Source: Thermoplasmatota archaeon (lineage in GTDB: Archaea > Thermoplasmatota > Thermoplasmata > Thermoplasmatales > Thermoplasmataceae). Taken from it: a DNA stretch of 64,000 nucleotides. The position numbers were made by a program, and so were the translations under genes. Of the stretch, positions 1 to 9,146 are shown piece after piece (position 1 is the stretch's first letter; the number at the start of each line of letters is the position of its first letter). The notes under the pieces were generated by a model. It was not told the origin of the DNA. It saw only the letters and a list, made by a program, of their open reading frames with translations, and searched no databases. The stretch is from positions 372 through 64,371 of the forward strand of contig JAMCUH010000050.1 of assembly GCA_023379435.1 (NCBI GenBank), given 5' to 3'.

Positions 1-229
1 GAAATGGTGCAATGCATACGGAATACTGGGGGTAAGGCAGGAAAGTGAGACCTCTACCCTTTATCACTGCGGATTTCCCGTTATATTCCAGCGATGTCCT
101 GCCGTTTCCCACCGTGGCAATAATACTCATAACGCCATGTTTCCTGAAGTATGATGCAATTCCGTCAACATAGTTGACCACCCCATCGATGGCAGGATGG
201 TAAGTGTCGGTGTATATGGCAACTCTCAC
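1..229 (-). CDS. Glycosyltransferase family 4 (GT-B), N-terminal part; runs off the window start
   Basis: Not in the ORF track. Manual translation from GTG at 229 gives MRVAIYTDTYHPAIDGVVNYV...FLPYPQYS, a typical GT4 N-terminus. GGTGA SD-like motif just upstream. Confidence 0.8.
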   Translation of the reverse strand, partial: MRVAIYTDTYHPAIDGVVNYVDGIASYFRKHGVMSIIATVGNGRTSLEYNGKSAVIKGRGLTFLPYPQYSVCIAPF

Positions 230-348
230 TTCACCATTCTCTGTCATCATTCCCGTCACGTGATTTATACATGGCTAAAGTAATTATTATGGCATCTGGG
301 AAAAACAATTCATGAGAAAATATTTTATTGATAAAGCATTTCCAATTT

Positions 349-2106
349 ATGGTAGAGTACAAGTGGATAGCACTCTCCAATACCACCATCGGGGTTATGA
401 TGGCCACAATAAACCAGACCATTCTTCTCATATCACTACCTGTCATTTTCAGGCATATTGATCTCGATCCTTTTCTTTCATCCAGCTTTCCCTACTTCCT
501 CTGGATACTCATGGGTTTCAATATAGTTACGGCAACTCTTCTCCTGACCTTCGGCAGATTATCTGACATGTATGGAAGGGTTAGACTGTTCAACCTGGGG
601 TTCATAGTATTTACTGCCGGTTCCGTGATTCTGTCCATAACGCCCTTCAAAGGAACAGCTGGTGCCTCATTTATCATAGCCTTCCGGCTTGTTCAGGGCC
701 TCGGTGCGGCTTTCCTCTTTTCAAATTCCGCAGCCATCCTTACCGATGCTTTCCCGAACAATGAGAGGGGCACTGCTCTAGGCATCAACTCCATTGCTGC
801 CATAGGTGGGTCTCTCATAGGCATTATACTTGGCGGTGTTCTATCGGTTGTTTACTGGAGGGCTGTCTTCATAGTCAGCGTTCCATTTGGCGTATTGGGT
901 ACAGTATGGTCTTATGTCAAACTGAAGGACACATCCACACGGGATAAGACACAGAAAGTGGATTACGTTGGCAATACGGCATTTGCCGTCGGCCTGACAC
1001 TTGTCCTTGTGGGCCTCGTTTATGGCCTTGAGAGCTACAACGGTCTGCCCACAGGTTTCGGTAACCCGTGGGTTCTTGCCTCGTTTGGCGTGGGAGGTGC
1101 CATGCTCGTCGCATTTCCATTCATAGAATCAAAAGTCAGGTATCCCATGTTCAAACTTTCCCTTTTCAGGATCAGGCCATTTGCATTTGGGAATTTTGCC
1201 AATCTTCTTTCTGCCCTTGCAAGGGGAGGTGTGATGATAATGATGATAGTGCTTCTTCAGGGAATCTATCTTCCCCTGAAGGGATATCCCATCCAGGTGA
1301 CGCCATTCTGGGCAGGCATTTACATGGTTCCCATGACTGCAGGATATCTGGTGATGAGCCCCATAAGCGGTAAGCTTTCCGACAAATATGGTGCAAGGGA
1401 GCTTGCAACACTTGGCATGGTTATCGTTGCCGTATCCCTTTATCTCGTGACATTTCTTCCGTATGATTTCTATTACCCCACAATGGCGGGAATGCTCCTT
1501 CTGATGGGCATAGGGAACGGGCTGTTCACGTCGCCGAACTCGGCAGCCATAATGAATGCCGTTCCAAGGGAAACCAGAGGAGTTGCATCGGGAATGAGGT
1601 CGACCATGATGAACACCGGCATGACGCTGAGCATAGGGATGTTTTTTGTCTTACTTATTTACGGCCTCTCATCAAGGCTTCCCGTATCCATAGATTCTTC
1701 ACTTAACGCCCTTAATGCATCATCACTCATCCCCTACTTTTCATCGTTGAACCCAACCGTTGCGCTTTTTTCGGCATTTCTTGGAGAAAATCCAGTTTCG
1801 CTTATTCTTGCGCATGTGTCCATAAGTCATTCACTCTATGTCACGCTTACTTCAAACAGCTGGTTTTCCAGCGTCCTTGCTCCTGCCTTCATGGATTCAT
1901 TCCACATGGCGTTCTATGTGGGAGCAGGTATGGCAGCTGTTGCCGCTGCTGTATCCATAAGCAGAGGAAAAATGTTCGTCTATGAGAGAGATGTGGAAAA
2001 TAGACAACAAGAGGGAACAAACGTAATAAATAATAATAAAGAGCCCTTAACGGGTATGAACAATAGGGGAACAAACTCAATGACACAGAGAGGCAGATGG
2101 AAATGA
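349..2106 (+). CDS. MFS drug-resistance transporter (DHA2/EmrB-QacA-like, ~14 TM)
   Basis: Motif [10 protein letters not shown] and [10 protein letters not shown]; many hydrophobic helices. ATG at 349 preferred over TTG at 328. Confidence 0.9.
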   Translation: MVEYKWIALSNTTIGVMMATINQTILLISLPVIFRHIDLDPFLSSSFPYFLWILMGFNIVTATLLLTFGRLSDMYGRVRLFNLGFIVFTAGSVILSITPFKGTAGASFIIAFRLVQGLGAAFLFSNSAAILTDAFPNNERGTALGINSIAAIGGSLIGIILGGVLSVVYWRAVFIVSVPFGVLGTVWSYVKLKDTSTRDKTQKVDYVGNTAFAVGLTLVLVGLVYGLESYNGLPTGFGNPWVLASFGVGGAMLVAFPFIESKVRYPMFKLSLFRIRPFAFGNFANLLSALARGGVMIMMIVLLQGIYLPLKGYPIQVTPFWAGIYMVPMTAGYLVMSPISGKLSDKYGARELATLGMVIVAVSLYLVTFLPYDFYYPTMAGMLLLMGIGNGLFTSPNSAAIMNAVPRETRGVASGMRSTMMNTGMTLSIGMFFVLLIYGLSSRLPVSIDSSLNALNASSLIPYFSSLNPTVALFSAFLGENPVSLILAHVSISHSLYVTLTSNSWFSSVLAPAFMDSFHMAFYVGAGMAAVAAAVSISRGKMFVYERDVENRQQEGTNVINNNKEPLTGMNNRGTNSMTQRGRWK

Positions 2107-2555
2107 GAAACCCCGATGAAAAACCGGAATCTCATGACAACATGCTACTTTGGCGATATCTTTTCAGAACATCGAAGATCATATCCAAGAACCTTAACGA
2201 TAAGCTGGCACCACTTGGCATATCGTTTCTAAGCTACAGGACGCTCAGATATCTCGTTAGGCAGGGACCCAAGACCATGTCGGCAATATCTGACTTTCTT
2301 CTTGTTACACAGGGAAGAATAACCGGTATAATTGATGAGCTCGAATCCCGTTCTCTGGTATTGAGGATAAGGAGTAACGAGGACCGGAGGATCATAAATC
2401 TTGAAATTACCGATGAAGGGAAATCGCTTGAACAGAAGGCCAGGGTCATATATGAGAGCTACATAAATTCCATTTTCTCCAGGATTGACCGGGAAAACAG
2501 GGAGTGCATCCTTAATGGAATCAAGCACCTCTCTTCAGTTCTTGGGAAGCAGTGA
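2103..2555 (+). CDS. MarR-family transcriptional regulator
   Basis: wHTH signature [30 protein letters not shown] at 2103 gives an ATGA overlap with the MFS stop (ORF track starts at 2097). Confidence 0.9.
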   Translation: MRNPDEKPESHDNMLLWRYLFRTSKIISKNLNDKLAPLGISFLSYRTLRYLVRQGPKTMSAISDFLLVTQGRITGIIDELESRSLVLRIRSNEDRRIINLEITDEGKSLEQKARVIYESYINSIFSRIDRENRECILNGIKHLSSVLGKQ

Positions 2556-2609
2556 CATCTTTTCAATGTCACAAAAACTGTTTAATGTGGAATTGCCATT
2601 CCACTGACA

Positions 2610-3554
2610 ATGCAGGGAAAAAACATACTACTTACCGGGGCAGCAGGTTTCATCGGTTCAAACATGGCCGAGCTGCTTGTGAATGATAATATCGTAACAG
2701 GAATAGACAACCTGTCTGGCACAGACGGGAGATTTGTGAAACCTCTCCTGGACAATAAGAATTTCAGGTTTCTCAAAGGAGATATAACACGGGAAGAGGA
2801 TCTTTCGTCCCTTGGAAAGTTTGATCTCGTCATACATCTTGCAGCAAATTCTGACGTCAGATACGGATCCGAGAGGCCCTTGGTGGATCTGAATTCCAAT
2901 GTTATTGGTACGGTGAACCTTCTTGAGATGATGAGAAAAAATGACATTCCGGAGATGGTCTTTGCGTCAAGTTCAACGGTATATGGCGAGGCGACTGTCC
3001 TTCCAACCCCTGAGGAGTATGGTCCCTACCTCCCCATATCTTCCTATGGAGCTTCCAAGATGTCCTGCGAGGGTTTCATATCATCATATTCACATTATTA
3101 CGGCTTCCGTGGGTCCATATTCAGGTTCGCCAACATTGTCGGGAAAAATTCCACACATGGAGTTATATTTGATTTCATAAGAAAGCTGAAGAATAATTCA
3201 AGGGAGCTGGAGATACTTGGTGATGGATCACAAAGAAAGTCATACATGCATGTATCCGACTGCATATCGTCCATATTATTCATACACGAAAAACTGCAAA
3301 AGACAGATATTTATAATCTTGGGAACAAAGAAACTACCAGTGTTGTGAAAATAGCCGATTTGATCGTGACTAAGATGGGGCTCAGGAACGTGAACTACAG
3401 ATTTACAGGCGGCATTGACGGCAGAGGGTGGAAGGGGGATGTTAAGCTTGCCCAGTTATCCATTGAAAGACTCCTTTCAAAGGGATGGAAAAACAGATAC
3501 AACAGCGATGAGTCCGTGGCCCTTGCCATAGATGAGGCACTTGCACAGCTATGA
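2610..3554 (+). CDS. NAD-dependent epimerase/dehydratase (UDP-glucose 4-epimerase-like extended SDR)
   Basis: TGAAGFIG Rossmann motif, ASSSTVYG, YGASK catalytic motif. Confidence 0.9.
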   Translation: MQGKNILLTGAAGFIGSNMAELLVNDNIVTGIDNLSGTDGRFVKPLLDNKNFRFLKGDITREEDLSSLGKFDLVIHLAANSDVRYGSERPLVDLNSNVIGTVNLLEMMRKNDIPEMVFASSSTVYGEATVLPTPEEYGPYLPISSYGASKMSCEGFISSYSHYYGFRGSIFRFANIVGKNSTHGVIFDFIRKLKNNSRELEILGDGSQRKSYMHVSDCISSILFIHEKLQKTDIYNLGNKETTSVVKIADLIVTKMGLRNVNYRFTGGIDGRGWKGDVKLAQLSIERLLSKGWKNRYNSDESVALAIDEALAQL

Positions 3555-3674
3555 GATTTGCAGCCGCTTTTTGAATATCTGATAAATTATGTGAAAGACC
3601 AAATCTCACAAAAAAGCTGAAGGCATCATATTTTCTCATTCTGGGTAAGATGTGTCTTTGGAATTGCCGGATGA

Positions 3675-4931
3675 TCATACAAATTCACAGTCCAGAAAGT
3701 AGTTTGGATCAAAATCTTTAACTTTCCAGTCTCTTTTGACGAACTTACCGTTGATCATGACGCTCCTCACCCAGGACCTGCTCCATGAATAGACGATATC
3801 AGATATCAGTGTATCCGGTTTCATTAATGTATCGGGTCTGAGGTTGTCCAGAATTACAAGATCCGCCTTCTTTCCTTCTTCAATGGAACCAATGTCTGTT
3901 CTGTTGAGTGAAAGTGCAGCCTCCCTTGTGCACATCTCAATGGCCCTGTTTGCGCCCAGTAACGATGCATCCCATCTCTGGTTCTTCATGGCTATTGTAC
4001 CGAACTTGAGATCATTCATTACGTCAAGGCTGTTGTTGGTGGATGCACTGTCCGTTCCAATTGAGACATGAATGCCCTGCTGCAGCATCTCCGGTACAGG
4101 AGGCATTCCTCCAACGCCAAGTTTTGCATTGCTCACGGGATTCCATGACACCTTAACACCATCTCCTGCAAGAAGCCTGACCTCCCTCATGGTTGACCAG
4201 ACACAGTGGGCTGCAATGACCCTGCTGCTGAGGAAACCAATCTGGTGAAGATATTCAATCGGCCTCTTTCCGTTCTTCTTAACAGAATCGTACACCTCTT
4301 TTCTGGTTTCTGATAGATGGGTGTGAATGGTTGTTCCATATTTTTCGGCGATTTCCCTGACCCTGTCATAGGTTTCTTTTGATGTAACATAGATCCCCTG
4401 AACACCGATGGATCTCCCCACTGTTTCGTGTTTTTCCCCCGTTATGAAATTCTCCGCATTTTTCACCGGATCGCCGGACTGGGTAGTGTATTCCGGGTCA
4501 AGTGTCACCCAGGAAAGGAAAGATCTTATTCCTGTTTGAAGAGCAGCCCTCTCAATGACATTCTCATCATAGTAAAGGTCATGGAAGGATGTTATTCCTG
4601 CATCTATCATCTGGTACATCCCGAGAAGCGAAGAGTTGAAGATCCCATTTTCAGTTCTCTCCGAATCAAGTGAAAACGTTTTCTCCAGGAAAGCGTCGAG
4701 GTGCAGATCATCAAGCATGCCCCGAAGATGCGTCATTGCCACATGGGCATGCGTATCAATGAGGCCAGGGATTATGACCGTTCCTGATGCATCAATTACC
4801 TCATCACAACCGATCTCATCTGTACCTATATGCTGTATGTGATCGTTTTCCACAAGTATATTTCCTCTCACAATGTCGTTGTTATGGTTCATTGTGAGTA
4901 TAAGGGCATTTTTGAAGAGAAAGGATGTCAT
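3675..4931 (-). CDS. Metal-dependent amidohydrolase (MTA/SAH deaminase-like)
   Basis: PGLIDTHAH, HTHLSET, AAHCVW and GTDSAS motifs. Substrate inferred only. Confidence 0.8.
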   Translation of the reverse strand: MTSFLFKNALILTMNHNNDIVRGNILVENDHIQHIGTDEIGCDEVIDASGTVIIPGLIDTHAHVAMTHLRGMLDDLHLDAFLEKTFSLDSERTENGIFNSSLLGMYQMIDAGITSFHDLYYDENVIERAALQTGIRSFLSWVTLDPEYTTQSGDPVKNAENFITGEKHETVGRSIGVQGIYVTSKETYDRVREIAEKYGTTIHTHLSETRKEVYDSVKKNGKRPIEYLHQIGFLSSRVIAAHCVWSTMREVRLLAGDGVKVSWNPVSNAKLGVGGMPPVPEMLQQGIHVSIGTDSASTNNSLDVMNDLKFGTIAMKNQRWDASLLGANRAIEMCTREAALSLNRTDIGSIEEGKKADLVILDNLRPDTLMKPDTLISDIVYSWSRSWVRSVMINGKFVKRDWKVKDFDPNYFLDCEFV

Positions 4932-5815
4932 TCTTCCCTTAGAAAATCTTCTTTATTTATTCTTTCGTTGTAGGAGTGCCGTGATGTGGCCATGGAGGCA
5001 ATTATTATCCCCATTAATGCAAACAGCAGGAAGGCGCCGCCAAAATAATAGTTCCCCAGGATCCTGTATATCTCCATCAGAACAAGGCCAAGAATTGAGC
5101 CGGATATTACTGACAGGCCAAGGTTGTAGCCCCTCTCAGAAGACCACTTTCCATTCATAAATAGTGAGACAAGGAATGCCACCATTGAAACAAGGTACAG
5201 AGAGAGGATCAGTGCATGATAGGGAAGCGAGAATGTTGCAAGGGGGAGCAGATACTGGTAACCGTTAACAAGGAATGAATAAAGTGCAAGAAATTCAAGA
5301 TAAATCACATATGAGAATGCATCAAAGAAGCTCGGAACACTCAGTATGATCCCTGATACTGCTCCATGGTTAAGGTAGAGCACGACCGCAGAGAACTGTT
5401 CCAGAAAAAACAGTGATGAAACAATGAGCCCCGCCAGCGTTCCTGTATGAGAGGCTGAAAAGTAACCCTCCACCATTGCAATGAACCCGAATCCCAGGAA
5501 TATTGCTATGTATGTGTCACCGTTGAGATATATGAGAAATATGTTAAGGAAACCAATATTTGCTATGCCAAGCAGGTGCATCAGTGAATACAGTATGATC
5601 AGCGCAAAAGCCACAGTGAATGTCGGGTAGACCCATCCTGCGTATTTTCCTATACGTCCTATCCTGATGAATGGAAGAACAGCCAAGGGAACAAAAATGT
5701 AATAGTTTATGGAACCTGACTCGTTGGAGATATCATAAAGAAAAAGGAAAATCGCAGGCAACATTATGAGCGATTTAAGTGCATATCTTTCAATTTTCTT
5801 GTAGCCGGATATCAA
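4928..5815 (-). CDS. Multi-pass membrane protein of unknown function
   Basis: About 8-9 hydrophobic segments; 4-nt overlaps with both neighbours. Confidence 0.75.
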   Translation of the reverse strand: MISGYKKIERYALKSLIMLPAIFLFLYDISNESGSINYYIFVPLAVLPFIRIGRIGKYAGWVYPTFTVAFALIILYSLMHLLGIANIGFLNIFLIYLNGDTYIAIFLGFGFIAMVEGYFSASHTGTLAGLIVSSLFFLEQFSAVVLYLNHGAVSGIILSVPSFFDAFSYVIYLEFLALYSFLVNGYQYLLPLATFSLPYHALILSLYLVSMVAFLVSLFMNGKWSSERGYNLGLSVISGSILGLVLMEIYRILGNYYFGGAFLLFALMGIIIASMATSRHSYNERINKEDFLREE

Positions 5816-7113
5816 TTTACCATCTTCCCGTATCTGTATTCAGATAGAATCCTGGGCAACAGATTCCTGTTCGTCACTACCCTGCTTTTTATTCCCGCGC
5901 TGTTGAGGAAGGATGATATGGCCTTTAATTTCCTGTTTTCCATTATAAATGCATTTCTCAGAAGCCTCTCCTGAAAACTGTCTAGTCCCTTGGCGTAGTT
6001 TTCCTTGGATATCAGCATGACCACAGGCCTTTTCCCGGATATTCTGAAGTCCTCCCTCCTGAAAGAAAAGTTCTCCGTGAATGAAAGGGGGGTAAGCAGG
6101 ATTATGAATGCACTTTTTGTCACGTTCTCTCTTATTCTTTCCATGGCCATCTGGAATGTGAACGATCCGTCCGGAATGATGTCCGATACCGTTTTTTCAA
6201 ACTTCTGTATCACGTTAACTGATCTCTTTGGTTCGATGAAATAGTCATGTGTGCTGGAAACTATGAGATAGCCCACACCATCCCTGTTCCTGAGGATTGC
6301 ATGTGAAGCACTGATAACGGAAGCGACAATCTGGTCGAATAGTCTTGACTCGTCATTACCATAGTTGACCGCATTGCTGTAGTCAAGAACAAAAATTACA
6401 TTGATATCCCGCTCTTCCTCCATTTCCTTGATGTAAAGATCATCGCCAGTCTGGATGCCAAACCGGCTCCATGCGACATATCTAAAGTCATCGCTGTCAA
6501 CGTACTGCCTTATTCCATGAAAATCATAACCCTGACCTATTGTCTTGGATATGTGAGAACCCTGGGAGAAGACGAAATTGCTCAAAAGTTCGGATCTGCT
6601 ACTCATGATGTCACTGAACGCCGGCGCAATCTTTATTTCGTTGTCCTTTGCCAGGATGTAGGATGAAATGCAGAGTCTGAGAGAATCCTCGGAGTACACA
6701 ATTATTGGTCCCACCTGGTATTTTCCGATGCTAACAGAAGAAACGCCATATCTCCTCTCCACTGTTTCCCCGGGGCCAAGGGATACCTCTCCGGAAGAAT
6801 TTTGGTCCGGCCTGAATACAGTGGAGAGAGTATCGAAATAATGAAAGTAGATGCTCCTTCTTGTGGCATTGGTGAATTTCAGGACAACACTGATGGATTC
6901 CCCCTTCCTGCCGTAAGATTTACCCAGTGTCCTCCTTATGTCCACCCTCCTGAGGGCGTTTGCTGTGACCAGGTTGAAAATCAATATGTCTGAGCAGATT
7001 ATTGCTGTTATTATGGTTACGAAAAGGAGGAATGTACCGTAGCCGAGTATATAAGCTTCAAAATTCCCGTATGCCAGCAGTGCAAGGAGCCCAAAGCCTG
7101 ATTTTTTTATCAT
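5812..7113 (-). CDS. DUF58 family protein (N-terminal TM, degenerate vWA-like domain)
   Basis: GYDFHGIRQYVDSDDFRYVAW...IKEMEEE DUF58 signature; adjacent to MoxR. Confidence 0.85.
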   Translation of the reverse strand: MIKKSGFGLLALLAYGNFEAYILGYGTFLLFVTIITAIICSDILIFNLVTANALRRVDIRRTLGKSYGRKGESISVVLKFTNATRRSIYFHYFDTLSTVFRPDQNSSGEVSLGPGETVERRYGVSSVSIGKYQVGPIIVYSEDSLRLCISSYILAKDNEIKIAPAFSDIMSSRSELLSNFVFSQGSHISKTIGQGYDFHGIRQYVDSDDFRYVAWSRFGIQTGDDLYIKEMEEERDINVIFVLDYSNAVNYGNDESRLFDQIVASVISASHAILRNRDGVGYLIVSSTHDYFIEPKRSVNVIQKFEKTVSDIIPDGSFTFQMAMERIRENVTKSAFIILLTPLSFTENFSFRREDFRISGKRPVVMLISKENYAKGLDSFQERLLRNAFIMENRKLKAISSFLNSAGIKSRVVTNRNLLPRILSEYRYGKMVN

Positions 7114-8075
7114 TTGGGTGCTTCGATCCTGTTAACTAGCTCATCTATGACAGAATTGACGATTGACACCGTATCACCGTTTCCTTCCACCATTGCCTCT
7201 GAGTTAAGTATGATCCTGTGGTTCAGAAGTTCCTTTGAGAGAAATTTCACGTCTTCAGGTATAACATAATCCCTTCCGTTGACAAGGGCGTTAGCCCTGG
7301 CAGCAAGGAAATACTTGAATGTTGTTCTTGGGCTTGCACCGAGGTAGATCCTCTTGTCTTCCCTTGTGGATCTTATGATATCGACGATATAATTCATGAT
7401 ATCATCGGAGATGGCAACGGAGTTGAGCTGAGATCGCAGTGCCATGATCCTTTCCTTGCCAAGGGGGTCATATGGCTGTTCCGCAATGCTATCCCTCTTC
7501 AGTATTGATATCTCCTCCTCCCTTGTGGGGTATGAAAGGTTATACCTGAAGAGAAACCTGTCAGTAAGTGCCTCAGCCAGCGGAAATGTACCTTCCTGCT
7601 CAATAGGGTTCTGGGTTGCAATGACAAAAAACGGCTCCGGAAGCATTTCAGTGAGTCCACCTATGGAAACACTCTTTTCCTCCATTCCCTGAAGGAGCGC
7701 AGAATGGACCTTTGGAGGCGTTCTGTTGAGCTCGTCTGCGAGGAGAATGTTCGTGTATATGGGCCCCTTCCTCAGCTCCATCCTCCTGGTTTCAAGATTG
7801 AACATCATGTTTCCGGTGACATCGGACGGGAGCATGTCGGGTGTGAATTGTATCCTCTTGAAGTCAAGACCCATATGCCTGGCAAACTCGTTGGCAAGAA
7901 GTGTCTTTGCCAGTCCCGGTACACCCTCAAGAAGCATGTGGTTGTCAGTGATCAGGCAGATGAACATGAACCTGATAATCCTCTCCGATCCTATGACAGT
8001 CTGCCCTATGCGCTTCTGAATCCTCGATACCGTGTTCCTTAGGTTTAGCAGCGCCGTTTCCGTAAGTTCAACCAT
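7110..8075 (-). CDS. moxR: MoxR-family AAA+ ATPase
   Basis: GVPGLAKT Walker A, RIQFTPDMLPSD, LADELNR, ATQNPIEQEGT, GASPR. Confidence 0.95.
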   Translation of the reverse strand: MVELTETALLNLRNTVSRIQKRIGQTVIGSERIIRFMFICLITDNHMLLEGVPGLAKTLLANEFARHMGLDFKRIQFTPDMLPSDVTGNMMFNLETRRMELRKGPIYTNILLADELNRTPPKVHSALLQGMEEKSVSIGGLTEMLPEPFFVIATQNPIEQEGTFPLAEALTDRFLFRYNLSYPTREEEISILKRDSIAEQPYDPLGKERIMALRSQLNSVAISDDIMNYIVDIIRSTREDKRIYLGASPRTTFKYFLAARANALVNGRDYVIPEDVKFLSKELLNHRIILNSEAMVEGNGDTVSIVNSVIDELVNRIEAPK

Positions 8076-8573
8076 TTAAGATTCCTCCGTATCCACAAAC
8101 AATACACTGGACTTGGCTCTGTTAACATCACTGTAAAGATCCATCATTCTATCCAGCACCTCCTTGAGCCTGAGCTCTCCCCTGGCTCGCCTTCTCTTAA
8201 AGCCTGATCTTGACATGGAAAGGCACCTTCTGTACCTCCTCTTCAGCCTCTTGAAATTAAGGCCTGCCATCTTAAGACGATCAAATTCCTCCTGCATCAT
8301 TCTCACATACCTTTCACTGTTTCCTTTCATTATGTTCTCAACCTCCACATGAAATATATCACTGGGAAGCAAAAACGCCTCCTGCTTCCTTTCAAGTTCC
8401 GGTTCTCTATCTACCTTCTGGACCTTTGACATATGCTTTAAAACCACAGAGAAAATCAGTATTGAAACAACAGGGATCAGAAACCTGAAATCGGTGACGG
8501 GGTTATGCGTGATATCCTTCAATATTGAATCCAGAAATGGTAAAATTCCAGAGGGAGCAGGGGAACTAGCCAA
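8076..8573 (-). CDS. Hypothetical single-TM protein with basic C-terminal region
   Basis: GTG start overlapping the upstream stop; one TM; abuts moxR. Confidence 0.65.
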   Translation of the reverse strand: MASSPAPSGILPFLDSILKDITHNPVTDFRFLIPVVSILIFSVVLKHMSKVQKVDREPELERKQEAFLLPSDIFHVEVENIMKGNSERYVRMMQEEFDRLKMAGLNFKRLKRRYRRCLSMSRSGFKRRRARGELRLKEVLDRMMDLYSDVNRAKSSVLFVDTEES

Positions 8574-9144
8574 CTTCCTCTTCCTCTCCGTTCATCTGTG
8601 TATAATAAAGCTTCATGATGTCAAGGTAGTTGTATACGTCCGTCAGCTTCTCTATCACTGTGTTGGGATCATCCTTGACCGGACCCTGAAATCTTGCCTT
8701 CTCATAGTAATCCAGGTAGAATGCGGTAAGCTTCCTGAGAGCCATGATCCTGTTCTTGTTCCACTGAGGTATCTCCGAGCCCTTGTTCATGGCTTCTGAG
8801 AATAGGGAGTTATCAAGATATGCTTCATCAGGTATATTTATTCCGTTTAAGGCAAATTCCCTGATCAAGAACTGCCTGTTTGTATCCGAAGGTGATGGCG
8901 TGACTGAAAACTGACTGCAATAATCTTGCTTTGCCCTGTTGAAGCCTCTTTTAATCGCCTCCTGCATGTTACCGTCACCCACGAGCTTTCGGGCGTTAAC
9001 TATGGGAGGGATATCACCCACCGATCTCACCTTTATTACCGTCTTGCTTTCCCTCTTCTTGGCAGCGGCTCTCCTGAATCTTTTGAAGAACCCGCCCTTC
9101 TTCCTTTCATTTTTCTTTAAAACTTTCCCTTCATTTTCTTCCAT
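8566..9144 (-). CDS. Hypothetical protein, DUF4129-like
   Basis: SDTNRQF...LTAFYLDYYEKARF resembles the DUF4129 pattern (T.RE...LT.LYE.ARY). GGTGA SD upstream. Confidence 0.6.
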   Translation of the reverse strand: MEENEGKVLKKNERKKGGFFKRFRRAAAKKRESKTVIKVRSVGDIPPIVNARKLVGDGNMQEAIKRGFNRAKQDYCSQFSVTPSPSDTNRQFLIREFALNGINIPDEAYLDNSLFSEAMNKGSEIPQWNKNRIMALRKLTAFYLDYYEKARFQGPVKDDPNTVIEKLTDVYNYLDIMKLYYTQMNGEEEEVG

Positions 9145-9146
9145 TC

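Noticed and set aside
2005..2081. Imperfect direct repeat around GGGAACAAAC in the MFS 3' tail
   Set aside because: Only two short degenerate copies in a low-complexity Asn-rich coding tail.
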